A stretch of DNA of 64,000 nucleotides from Caldisericia bacterium (GTDB taxonomy: Bacteria; Caldisericota; Caldisericia; JAAYUI01): the NCBI GenBank assembly GCA_963674785.1, contig OY771555.1:1224511-1288510 (forward strand), written 5' to 3'. The translations under genes were made by a program, and so were the position numbers. Shown here piece after piece: positions 27,348 to 37,246 of the stretch. Within the stretch, counting starts at the first letter, position 1, and the number at the start of each line of letters is the position of its first letter. Below the pieces are notes generated by a model, which saw only the letters and a program-made list of their open reading frames with translations, did not search any database and was not told where the DNA came from.

Positions 27348-30057
27348 TTGGCAGATACAATGAAAAAGATGGTTGCTTTGATAATAGTGGTGTGTCTTAT
27401 GTTTCCGATTACTCAAATCTCAGCAGAGGTAAAAGCAGAGATTAAAAATCCAAGTTTTGAAAATGGGAAGAATTACTGGGATATTTTTGCCATCGGAAGA
27501 GAACCTTCAGAATTGGAAGTGAGTGAAATAGAATCTGTTGAGGGTGATAAATCAGCAAAGATCAACCCAGGAGAAAAGGGAGTAACTGGTATCTCTCAAA
27601 CACTGTCTGTTTCTGAAATGGGTAATGTCAATATCTCTGTGTGGACAAAAACATTGGGTGAGTCTTGGCTTGAGGTTGTTCAGTTAAAAAACGACAAACC
27701 GGTTGGTGAGTATTTGTTTTTGCAATCACCACACGCGAGAAAAAATGGTGACTGGGAAAAAAATTAGTCTTGCTCTTGATGTTTTAGAGGTGACTGAGGA
27801 ATTAGAAATTCATCTACTTTGCAAACAAGGTGTAACATATTTTGATAATGTAAGGTTATCACCTAATCTTGAAGAAAGCTCATCAATTTTTTCTGAAGTG
27901 ATTGATCCCATCTCTTGCAAACTCGGGTACAAAACTTCATCTCTCGTTCGTGTGTCATGTTGAACCAAATAGGCAGTATAATCATGAGAATTACACAAAT
28001 GACAGACTCAAAGGGCTTGATGATTTTATATCGATGCTAGAGTCTTTTGGAGCGAAACTAACTCTTCAGGTTCAGCAACCATTTACAACAACACTCAAGA
28101 AAATGGATCTGAATCCATTTACTGACCTTGAGTTTTCAGGTCATGAGGTTTGCACACATTACCATGAAGATACATATGCTCCGAATAACGCCCCGTATGA
28201 TGTAAGAAAAAAAGCTCTGCAGGAATTGAAGGATGATGTCGATAGTTTTGGTATATCAAATCTTACTCTCTGCGGTGGATGGCAGCAGGCGGATATTGTC
28301 AAGATTGCTGGTGAAGTTGGATATAAGTATTTGGATAATTATAAATATGCTCCAACTCAGCAGGGTTCTGAGGCTGGATTATCAGTAAATCCATATCGAC
28401 CGGCAGAGAACAATATTGAAGAAGTTGATGAAAAATGGTAAATGCCTTTATCTGCCTGAAGGACCATGGGATATGGTCACAAAACCTGCCTCAATTAAGC
28501 ATAACGCAACACCTGAAATGTTTGATGCTTTGACTGAGATGATAAATTCAGCACTACCAATGCTTGAGCTTGGAAGGGTCAACTGTGCAAATGTCGTGAT
28601 GCATTTGAATGATTTTGGACCGGGTAATGAAAAAAACCCTTGAGCTTTACAGAAAATATTTTGAAGAGATTTTATCTCCCTCTGCTGAAACTGGGTTGAT
28701 TGAGTTTGCAACAATTTCTGAGGTTGGCAGACTTTATGAAGAAACTGAAGAAAAGGGAATCTCGATGCTTCCTCAAATAATCACAGTTGTGAATGGGAAT
28801 TATTTTGATGATGATACTGAGGCTGAGAAGGCTGTTTCAAATCTCAGGAAACAGATAGAAATTTGCGAAAAATGTTCAGTTGATACTGAACATTATTTCA
28901 CACCCTTTTCCTGGACTCAGACAAATGAGTTGGACGGAGGATACTATAGTTGGGTTTCATCGAAGGATGGAGTTGATATCCACTGTCATGGTGAGAACAG
29001 AAATCCCCCCGATCCTTCTCTAATTGGCAGAATGAACAATAATGATTGGGAACGAGACTATAACCTTGCTTTTGACTTTCAAACACATGTTGTTGAGATT
29101 GAAACAGGCAAAATAACTGATGACGAAGGTGGAGCAAAAACTGTTTTGGAAAGTTCGGGTATCGATGTAGTTTCATGTGGTAGAGCTGTAAAAGGTGCTA
29201 TTTTGAAAGCAAACAAAGATATTGGTTTTAATGTCGGTGTTGGTTTTGGTGATAGCATGGGAGTACCTTCAAATAGATGTTTTATGATGGATGTTCTTGG
29301 GAGACCTGATGATATTTTCATTCATCCTAATGATGAATTTCTGCCTTGGGTAAAGGGAAGATATGATCTGAAAAGTGAGGTTTTGGAAGAAATCAGAAAG
29401 CTTGATTATTTTGAGCCCAGGTATCTGATGTTCGTGATTCATGATTGGGACATGTTCAGATATGTTGATGAAACCAAAGCTTGGGAGCATTACGAAGAGG
29501 TTCTCAGGTGGTTAACAGAAGATATTGGTTGTGAGGGTTCATCGATTGAAGAGATGTATGAACACGCCAATCATAGAGGAGTAGTCGAACAAGAGTGGAT
29601 TGATTACGCTGCAAATGAATTGATTGAAGACATAAAAAATGATGGAGAATTGAATAACTATTATGGCTCAGATGGTAAGGAAGTTACACTTTCTGAACTT
29701 TTTCAGGGATGTTTGCTGGATAGAGAATTTAAACCAAAAGATATTATTGGACCTACAGAGATTTTTGGTGATGAAAAAGAAATGGTTCTATCAAAAAAGG
29801 AATTTGAGTCCTTGATTGAGAAGATGCAATCTGAAATAACTGACTGGCAGTCTATTCCCGAGTCATTTGCCATCAATAATAAAACAATTTCAGCAGGACA
29901 GATGCTTTATGTTTTATGCCAAAAAAAGACAGATGACGTTGATGGCATAATTGAGATTCCGCCAATATCCAATAATCCTGAGCAGGCATATTCACTGAGA
30001 TTTGATTTTGACAAACTCCAGCTTTGGACGCATAGACCTGCATATTATAGTTATTGA
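27348..30057 (+). pseudogene. Frameshifted secreted carbohydrate-active-like gene (signal peptide plus CBM4/9-like N-terminus), broken into 5 ORFs in frames 0>1>2>0>1
   Basis: Five consecutive ORFs (27348-27767, 27703-27963, 27902-28441, 28416-28643, 28609-30057), each shifted +1 from the last. The protein sense continues across the junctions (CBM 'NPSFENG...YFDNVRLSP'). Three shifts are at A5-A7 runs (27741-27765, 28425-28440, 28630-28640). Confidence 0.55.
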
Positions 30058-30103
30058 AAAATGAGTTATTCTTTGTAGACTCTCATTTGTTAGGGGGTAA
30101 GAC

Positions 30104-30361
30104 ATGGCAAAAATTAATCTATCAAGATTCATAAAAGGAGAAAAAGGTTTTTGGTTTGATCCAGATAAAGCATTTGCAGTTCGAACTATGAAGGGTTATA
30201 GAGCGATGTTTCTATATTCGACGATGTACATAAGCATAAATTTTAAAAAAAGTGATTTAAGAGTAGATGAATTTGTTGAGTATGTAACATCTGGAAACGT
30301 AGATATTAGTAGTTTTGAGGATTCTATCCAGAGTGTGAAAGCTGGGCATACAATTTATTAG
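30104..30361 (+). CDS. Small hypothetical protein (85 aa)
   Basis: ORF preceded by 'tagggggtaagacATG' (GGGGG Shine-Dalgarno-like). No recognisable domain. Confidence 0.3.
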   Translation: MAKINLSRFIKGEKGFWFDPDKAFAVRTMKGYRAMFLYSTMYISINFKKSDLRVDEFVEYVTSGNVDISSFEDSIQSVKAGHTIY

Positions 30362-30382
30362 GTGAGAAATCTCTCATCCAGA

Positions 30383-31261
30383 TTATGATTTGGATTTAGG
30401 CATCCTGTTTTCATTTCTTCCTGAATACCTCTCAAATTTGTTTTTCTCGATTGCTCCCAGTTTTATCCGCTTGAAAGCTGAGAGTGTGATTAGAACAAAT
30501 GAGAATATAAGAATGTAGCTCCCAAGGCTCTCAGCAAAAATGTTCATTCCCGATTTTCTGATAATTGCTGGTTTTATAAATATAAAACAAACTTGGATTA
30601 GCACAATGTATGTTGCAGATGTTGCCATCCATAGTTCGATTCTTGATTTGAGATAGGATTTTATGAATTTGATGTGTAGCATGACTGTGTTTGTTAGAGG
30701 GAATAACAGGAATATCCCAAGGAAAACAAGTGCAAATATGGCGACTATAAAGTTATAGACCGGATTTGATGTAGTTTGATTTAAAGGTGGAGAGAATTTG
30801 AGGAAGTAAACCAGATACGCAATCGCAAAACTGATTACTGATAAAGCAATTATTGATCGAGTTTTTTTAGGAATTGATGTCTCGATATGACTCTGAAAAA
30901 ACAAAGCACAAAACCCTATTCCAACTGCGTAGATTATCATTGAGTAATCGTTGATATTGGGAGTTTTTGTGAGAATCATAATCATTGTGTTGATGAAAGA
31001 GAGAACGAAAATTGTCAGCAATGTGATCCAAAGACTCAGCCAGAAAATCTTGTCTTCATCAGAGCTTCCGCATCTCTTCCAAGCTACAAAAGTCATGATA
31101 ATAGTCAAGAATAAAAGGCTCTCTCGAAGAATTAGTTTGGCATTGATGTTGCCTACAAAATGGAACAAAACCACAACAAACACAGATGCGATAATTGAAA
31201 CAAGTAGATATGTTGTTTTTGACATATTCCCCCCAATAAAAGAAAAAAGGGGTAGATTCAA
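30383..31261 (-). CDS. Polytopic integral membrane protein (7-8 TM), unknown function
   Basis: Alternating hydrophobic segments throughout. Basic C-terminal tail 'RYSGRNENRMPKSKS'. Confidence 0.5.
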   Translation of the reverse strand: MNLPLFSFIGGNMSKTTYLLVSIIASVFVVVLFHFVGNINAKLILRESLLFLTIIMTFVAWKRCGSSDEDKIFWLSLWITLLTIFVLSFINTMIMILTKTPNINDYSMIIYAVGIGFCALFFQSHIETSIPKKTRSIIALSVISFAIAYLVYFLKFSPPLNQTTSNPVYNFIVAIFALVFLGIFLLFPLTNTVMLHIKFIKSYLKSRIELWMATSATYIVLIQVCFIFIKPAIIRKSGMNIFAESLGSYILIFSFVLITLSAFKRIKLGAIEKNKFERYSGRNENRMPKSKS

Positions 31262-31285
31262 TATCTACCCCTTTAGAGACCAGGC

Positions 31286-32716
31286 TTACTTGGTTTCAGC
31301 CTTCTTTTCGTCAATCGTTTTTGGTTCTTCAAGATTCTTTTTTGCAACATAACCTTTCAAGAACTCTTCAAGGTCGATTCCTGTTGCTGCTTTCATCTGT
31401 TCCATAAACTTTACAAGTGCACCGGGTGCTGCATTCATGAGCCTGCTTACAGAACCACCATCTTTTCCACCTGCTCCATCGATTGCAACGACCTTATCAA
31501 ATTTGATCTGACCAAGAGCATCTGCTCCACGTGCTGCAACGTTTTTGTATGTATCAAGAATAAGGTTGAGTTTTGCAGCCTCACCATATTCGTTCCAAGC
31601 CTTGGCTTTAGCTTCAAGTCCAGCAGCCTCAGCAAGGGCAATCTTTTTGATACCTTCAGCCTCAGCTTCTTTAACACGGAGAATTCTTGCTGCTTCACCC
31701 TCAGCTCTCAAGATATGAGACTGTTTCTCAGCGTCTGCCGGGATGATGACTTCGGCTCTATATCTCTGTTCCTCAGCTTTTGCTTTTGCAGTTTCAACTG
31801 CTTCCCTTGCCTTTTGTTCTTGGGCAAGCACGTCCTGCTCAGCAACAACAACTTCTTTTCTTGCATTTGCCTCAGCAAGCGGACCTCTCTGGTCTGCAAA
31901 TTTTTCGGCCGCAAGTGTTTCACCACGGAAGTTCTGTTTTGCAACATCACGCTCTTTCTGAGCTTCAGCAATGAGTTTCTCCTGATTCGCTTTGACAGAT
32001 TCACCTTCCTGTCTCGCCGTTTCGGATTCGATCATCGCATCTCTTTGTGCGTGAGCCGTACCAATTGCTGCGTCTCTTTTTACCTGTGCAGTTCTTTTTT
32101 CACCAAGTGCTTCAAGATAACCCTTTTCATCACGAATGTCCTGAATGTTGATGATATCTATTATGACACCGATCTTTGAAAGCTCTTCACCTGTTTGGTC
32201 AAGTGTTTTTTGGACAAACATATCACGTTCCTGGTAGAGCTGCTCAACTGTAAGAACACCAATGATATCTCTGAGCTGTCCTTCAAGGGTCTCCTTGATA
32301 ACCTGCTTTATATGGTTTTTGTTCGACCCAAGGAATCTCTCAACCGCACGTGCAAGCATGTTTTCTTCAGAACTGATTTTTACATTTGCAACTGCATCAA
32401 TCGTGATTGGGACACCTTCTTTTGAGTAAGCATTAACAACTCTGACATCAGAGAGGTTCATAAGCTCAAGTGTAATTCTATCAATCTTTTCGATAATCGG
32501 AATCTTAAGGGTAGCTCCGCCAACTACAGCTCTCCATCCTCTCCTCACAACTCTTTGACCATGCTCATCCTTAACAATGGATTTATGTCTTCTACCGGTT
32601 AAAATAACCGCTTCGTTAGGTCCTGCTTTTATGTAGTTTGCTACAAACAGTGCGATTATTATGATAAACCCAATAATTGATGAGACTACAACTATTCCAA
32701 TCGTCATTCCTTCCAT
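31286..32716 (-). CDS. Flotillin-like SPFH/band-7 protein (YqiK/FloA-type)
   Basis: N-terminal TM, then SPFH core. Long Ala/Glu/Lys-rich coiled coil 'EAVETAKAKAEEQRYRAEVIIPADAEKQSHILRAEGEAARILRVKEAEAEG' typical of flotillins. Confidence 0.85.
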   Translation of the reverse strand: MEGMTIGIVVVSSIIGFIIIIALFVANYIKAGPNEAVILTGRRHKSIVKDEHGQRVVRRGWRAVVGGATLKIPIIEKIDRITLELMNLSDVRVVNAYSKEGVPITIDAVANVKISSEENMLARAVERFLGSNKNHIKQVIKETLEGQLRDIIGVLTVEQLYQERDMFVQKTLDQTGEELSKIGVIIDIINIQDIRDEKGYLEALGEKRTAQVKRDAAIGTAHAQRDAMIESETARQEGESVKANQEKLIAEAQKERDVAKQNFRGETLAAEKFADQRGPLAEANARKEVVVAEQDVLAQEQKAREAVETAKAKAEEQRYRAEVIIPADAEKQSHILRAEGEAARILRVKEAEAEGIKKIALAEAAGLEAKAKAWNEYGEAAKLNLILDTYKNVAARGADALGQIKFDKVVAIDGAGGKDGGSVSRLMNAAPGALVKFMEQMKAATGIDLEEFLKGYVAKKNLEEPKTIDEKKAETK

Positions 32717-32731
32717 CTTCTTTCCCCTTTC

Positions 32732-33316
32732 TTAATGCAAATCAATTTCTGCAGAAATTACCCTGGCAATATCTCCTGTAATTGATTTGACAATAACCAC
32801 TTCGTTCTTTTCGAACTCCTCACCTTCAAGGTATGATCTTGCGATCATATATGAGGTGAGTCCTGTTCCAATATCTGTTACCTTTATTTCTCCAACTTTT
32901 CCTGATTTAATGGCAATTGATACAGATGCTTTTCTGCCCTCAAGGGAGAGGTGATTGATCTGTGTGGATGCTTGCTGTTTGTATAGCAGTCTGAGAAGTA
33001 GATAGACAAGATAGTAAATTGCAAGACCACCGATGATTCCACAAATCCAGTGTGGGATAATCCAACCGTATGCGAGGGATAGAAATCCACCAAGCCCAAA
33101 GCCGATGATAAATGCCATTATCAATCTCAGGCTTATTATTCCTGGGCCATCAGCGAAGTCGCCTATTTCCAAACCACCGTCAATATCGACATCGAAGTCC
33201 GCACCAATATCTGCATCAATGTCTGCCCCTGAATCAAGTCCGAGAAACAACATGAAAGCAAGCAAGACTGTTGGAACAACAACCATCAGCAAGTAAATAA
33301 TCTGTAATGTTTCCAT
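32732..33316 (-). CDS. NfeD-like (YqiJ-type) membrane protein, flotillin partner
   Basis: Two or three N-terminal TM segments plus a C-terminal OB-fold-like soluble domain. Lies immediately upstream of the flotillin gene, the conserved nfeD-SPFH operon arrangement. Confidence 0.7.
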   Translation of the reverse strand: METLQIIYLLMVVVPTVLLAFMLFLGLDSGADIDADIGADFDVDIDGGLEIGDFADGPGIISLRLIMAFIIGFGLGGFLSLAYGWIIPHWICGIIGGLAIYYLVYLLLRLLYKQQASTQINHLSLEGRKASVSIAIKSGKVGEIKVTDIGTGLTSYMIARSYLEGEEFEKNEVVIVKSITGDIARVISAEIDLH

Positions 33317-33377
33317 CTTCCTCTCTCCTTTCTGGGGTAATTATAGTGTGCTGTGTGCTCTAGAGATACACATTAAC

Positions 33378-34235
33378 TTAGACACGTTTTGTTTGTTTTT
33401 GTTTCTTTTGTTTGCAGCCTAAAGAAAACTTTTGTGTAGTTATGTAAAAACCTCTTTTCTTTTTCTTAATTCGATCAGTAACCTCATTATATCCCGAGAC
33501 AAGCATTGCAGCTGGCAAAGCTATTATACCGATTGATAGGATGGAAATCAAAGCGGTCAGAATTCTACCGAGAGTTGTTATTGGAACCAAATCACCATAA
33601 CCAATAGTTGTTAGAGTACATACTGCCCACCACATGGTCTCTGGAATGCTTTTGAAGACCTCAGGCTGAGCTGTATGTTCAACATAAAAGAGCATTGATG
33701 CAGAAAGGATTATCAACACGACAACAATTGAAATAGCAATTGCTAGATCCGATAGTTTCTCCTTGAAGACCATCCCAAGTACCTTAAGTGAACTGGAATA
33801 CCTGCCAAGTTTGAGTATTCTTACCAGTCTGAATAATCTGAAAATCCGTATGAACCTGAGGTCAAGGAAACCGCCTACCACAATCTCGATATAAAATGGA
33901 GCAATTGCTAAAAGATCAACTAGTGCTCCAACTGTTCCTGCGTATCTGAAAACACCAAAGGAGAAATTTCTGTACTTTGGGTTACATGTTGCTGTCCATA
34001 GTCTCAAGATGTATTCTGTCGAGAAAACAACAATTGAGAATATCTCAAATATCTGAAAAACCATTTGAATCTGGGGATGGATGTTTTGCATCGTTTCGAC
34101 TATGACAGTTACAATGCTTAATGTGATAAGGATTATTATGAACCAATCAAAGGCGATACTTACTCTGTCGCCGGGTTTCCCCTGTTCAATGATTTCAAAA
34201 ACACGGTATCTGATTTTTTGGATCTTTGAATCCAT
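33378..34235 (-). CDS. Voltage-gated K+ channel (6TM, KvAP-like)
   Basis: S4 voltage sensor with Arg every third residue 'LRFIRIFRLFRLVRILKLGR'. Pore helix plus selectivity filter 'TLTTIGYGD'. Confidence 0.9.
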   Translation of the reverse strand: MDSKIQKIRYRVFEIIEQGKPGDRVSIAFDWFIIILITLSIVTVIVETMQNIHPQIQMVFQIFEIFSIVVFSTEYILRLWTATCNPKYRNFSFGVFRYAGTVGALVDLLAIAPFYIEIVVGGFLDLRFIRIFRLFRLVRILKLGRYSSSLKVLGMVFKEKLSDLAIAISIVVVLIILSASMLFYVEHTAQPEVFKSIPETMWWAVCTLTTIGYGDLVPITTLGRILTALISILSIGIIALPAAMLVSGYNEVTDRIKKKKRGFYITTQKFSLGCKQKKQKQTKRV

Positions 34236-34387
34236 GATAAAAATCCTACAAGAAAAGTAATTTTTTTCAACCGATTCATACTTATTTTGTTTTTGAAAGT
34301 TAACATAAAATAATTAACTTTTTAATAACACAGCTTGAATATCTTTAGATGGTGTGTGATAATCTTATCAGGGATGGAGGATGGATT

Positions 34388-37186
34388 ATGCAAAACAAGA
34401 GAATGATTCAGAAGTTCAGCTTTTTTGTTGTTATTGCCATGGTTTTTGTTATTGCCAGCACAGGTATAACTGCGACAAACCAAGATAGCCCGGTGTTTGT
34501 CGGGTGGGAGAGCATCTCGGGAGAACCCTATCCTAAAAATGAAAATGATAACATAAGCAGGACAAATGAAGAATCCATCTCCCCTGACTTTGTGGTTGAT
34601 TCAAAGGGTAATATTCATGTCGTTTGGTCAGAAGAGATTGATGGTGAGAATTATGATATTTTCTATGTTTGGAATGATGGGGAAAACTGGTTAACTGTTG
34701 ATGGAGCACCATATGATTCAAAGAATGGAAATATCACAAATAATCCTGGATTATCAATAAATCCTCAAATCTTGCTGGATTCTAAAGATATACCACACAT
34801 TGCTTGGATGGATGATTCTTACTCTTACTATGGGGATATCTTTTGCGTGAAAGCTTCAGAAAAAAGGCTTTTGAATGTTGAGGATGTTGTTTGGGATGCA
34901 GAAAAAGGTAACGCAAAAATTGCTAGGATTAAAAATGATTTGAATTACTACAGGTTTTCGATTGATTTAACTGATAATCTTCACTTTTTTTGGACTGAAG
35001 TGGTTGATCAAGTTCGATCAGAGATATTTTATTCAAAATGGGATGGATTGAGTTGGAAAAGTATAGATGGACAAGAACTAGATAGATACAACAAAAACAA
35101 AGCAATCTTTGGGGTAGACTTCCGTAACTTGTTTTTTGACTTTGACATGTTTGAAGGGAATCCTTATCTTGTTTGGCTTGGAACTGGAAAGGATGATGCA
35201 AGTATAATCTGTTTGATCAGATGGACTGGATTATTTTGGGGAAACATTGAAAGAGAAAAATCTGATTCAGATTTCAGTAATTGTGTTCTAATCAAATTAA
35301 ACTATTTTCCAGAGTGGATTCCTCAAATCAGGATTGATAGTTCAGGTTGTGCCCATATTGTATGGCATCAATTCGAATGGGGTAGCGTTAATCCACCTAT
35401 TGTTAGCTACATAAAATGGGATGGAGATGGGTGGATAACAGCAGATGGATCAAGATTTAATCCAGATGAGGCAAATTCTTGGATCGATATCGATGGAATT
35501 AAGGGAAAGGTTTTGTATCAATTTTTGCTTCAAGATGATGAACCTGTTTTGATTTGGAGTAATGCTCTAAGGGAGCCCTTCGATTTATTTTTCACAAAGC
35601 TTGAAGAAGGTGATTGGGTCAATATGTTTGGTTCTGAATTTGACCCATTCGATAGTAGGATTCATTTTGGTGCAAGTGGTTCTCAAACCACTTATCCGGA
35701 AGTAAAGATTTTTGAAAATGGCGAAATCTTCTTTATTAGATCAGATTACAGTTATGAGAACCCAGAGGTTATTCTTACAAAAGTTAGTGATGGGCAAGAA
35801 TACTTGTTGAGCGGTGAGGTTTATGATTCTGAGGCAGGGAACATAAATATTACTCGGTGTGATGATTTTTTTTATGAAGATTTTTCTTTTGAAATGTGTG
35901 CTGAAGCCGCTTATTTAGTTTGGAATGATTTTAATTGTCCAAATTTTGTTAAATGGGATGGTTTTAATTGGGTCAACTCGGATGGAGAAAAATGGGATAA
36001 CAGAGCTTGGAATGCAAATCTTACCAGTTATGATGAAAGTTATTCTTGGAATCCTACAGTTGCTACTGGCAATGATGGTAACCCTCATATCATGTGGTTT
36101 GAGAAAAGTATCGGTGATGATTACAGTGAAACATTTTTGCTTCACTATATCCGGTGGCATGATGATTTCTGGGTGAATGTTTATGGAGAAAAGTGGGGAA
36201 ATAGGAATTCGGCACTCCCTGATTTTTGGGAGTATTCTTGGAATTTCAGTTTCGATATAGACGCGAATAATCTTCCACATATTTTGTGGCTTGATGATGG
36301 TTTCATTAATTATATTAGGTTTGATGGTGATAAATGGCTGATAACAAATGGAGATGAATATGGATTGAAGTATGGTGATGAAGCTATAATGGATGATGTA
36401 TCATCAAGAGCAAACAATCTAGATTTAACTATTGATAAAAATAATTGTATCCATGCTTCTTGGGACGATTTAAACAATAATACTCGGTCGAAAAAATATT
36501 ATCTTCAAAGAAAAGCTGATGATCATTTTTGGAATACACTTACTGGAGAAGTATTTGATATTGATGCGGATAATTCATGTGTAATTGAAGGAATAAAGTC
36601 TGATCTATCAATAGAAGTGGATTATGATAATTTTGGAAACCCACACTTTTGTTGGACAGATTTCGATGAAGGTGTTGTTTATTTGAAGTATTGTTATTGG
36701 GATGGAGAGGTATTTAAGGATGTATCAGGAGAAAAGGTTGATTTGAAGTCAAATGATTATGTTTTTATTTCTTCTCTGATTATCGAGGATGAATATGATG
36801 AGTGGTACATCTCTCCATCACTCGTGCTTGATTCAAATGGAATCCCACATGTTGCTTGGAAACAGACAGTAGATGTAAAGAATTGGAGAGGAGTCAACAC
36901 TTTTATTAATACCGACACATTTTATTCCAGATGGGATGGTACGGCTTGGGTAAATCTGTTTGGGGAACAACTAGAATATGAAGCAAAAAATGCAAAGATA
37001 ACAAATAGCCCAACTGGGGCTGACATAAAAAAATGGGAAATTGGGCTTTCTGGGTGGGATGATCAAGTCCAAATTGGTTTATCAAGCGAGGATATCCCTT
37101 ATATTTTGTGGTCAGATTCTTGTTATTCTTTTGGAAGTTCAGATATTCTAGGTCTAAAAGGTGTATTGAAAAAAATAGACAAATAG
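34388..37186 (+). CDS. Secreted tandem-repeat protein (~11 repeats of a ~75-aa W-[DN]-G-x-x-W module)
   Basis: GGAGG Shine-Dalgarno 7 nt upstream of the ATG at 34388 (the ORF track starts at 34349). Signal peptide 'FSFFVVIAMVFVIASTGITA'. Repeats e.g. 'YSKWDGLSWKSIDGQELD', 'IKWDGDGWITADGSRFN', 'VKWDGFNWVNSDGEKWD', 'YSRWDGTAWVNLFGEQLE'. Confidence 0.65.
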   Translation: MQNKRMIQKFSFFVVIAMVFVIASTGITATNQDSPVFVGWESISGEPYPKNENDNISRTNEESISPDFVVDSKGNIHVVWSEEIDGENYDIFYVWNDGENWLTVDGAPYDSKNGNITNNPGLSINPQILLDSKDIPHIAWMDDSYSYYGDIFCVKASEKRLLNVEDVVWDAEKGNAKIARIKNDLNYYRFSIDLTDNLHFFWTEVVDQVRSEIFYSKWDGLSWKSIDGQELDRYNKNKAIFGVDFRNLFFDFDMFEGNPYLVWLGTGKDDASIICLIRWTGLFWGNIEREKSDSDFSNCVLIKLNYFPEWIPQIRIDSSGCAHIVWHQFEWGSVNPPIVSYIKWDGDGWITADGSRFNPDEANSWIDIDGIKGKVLYQFLLQDDEPVLIWSNALREPFDLFFTKLEEGDWVNMFGSEFDPFDSRIHFGASGSQTTYPEVKIFENGEIFFIRSDYSYENPEVILTKVSDGQEYLLSGEVYDSEAGNINITRCDDFFYEDFSFEMCAEAAYLVWNDFNCPNFVKWDGFNWVNSDGEKWDNRAWNANLTSYDESYSWNPTVATGNDGNPHIMWFEKSIGDDYSETFLLHYIRWHDDFWVNVYGEKWGNRNSALPDFWEYSWNFSFDIDANNLPHILWLDDGFINYIRFDGDKWLITNGDEYGLKYGDEAIMDDVSSRANNLDLTIDKNNCIHASWDDLNNNTRSKKYYLQRKADDHFWNTLTGEVFDIDADNSCVIEGIKSDLSIEVDYDNFGNPHFCWTDFDEGVVYLKYCYWDGEVFKDVSGEKVDLKSNDYVFISSLIIEDEYDEWYISPSLVLDSNGIPHVAWKQTVDVKNWRGVNTFINTDTFYSRWDGTAWVNLFGEQLEYEAKNAKITNSPTGADIKKWEIGLSGWDDQVQIGLSSEDIPYILWSDSCYSFGSSDILGLKGVLKKIDK

Positions 37187-37246
37187 ACAAAATCAAATCA
37201 TTTCTCGTAGTAGATATTAAAGAAATATCGAAGGAGAAAATGTTTG

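Noticed and set aside
34349-34387. Upstream ATG (34349) of the repeat-protein gene proposed by the ORF track
   Set aside because: A GGAGG Shine-Dalgarno lies 7 nt before the ATG at 34388 and the signal peptide begins there. The 13 extra residues 'MVCDNLIRDGGWI' would precede the Shine-Dalgarno.
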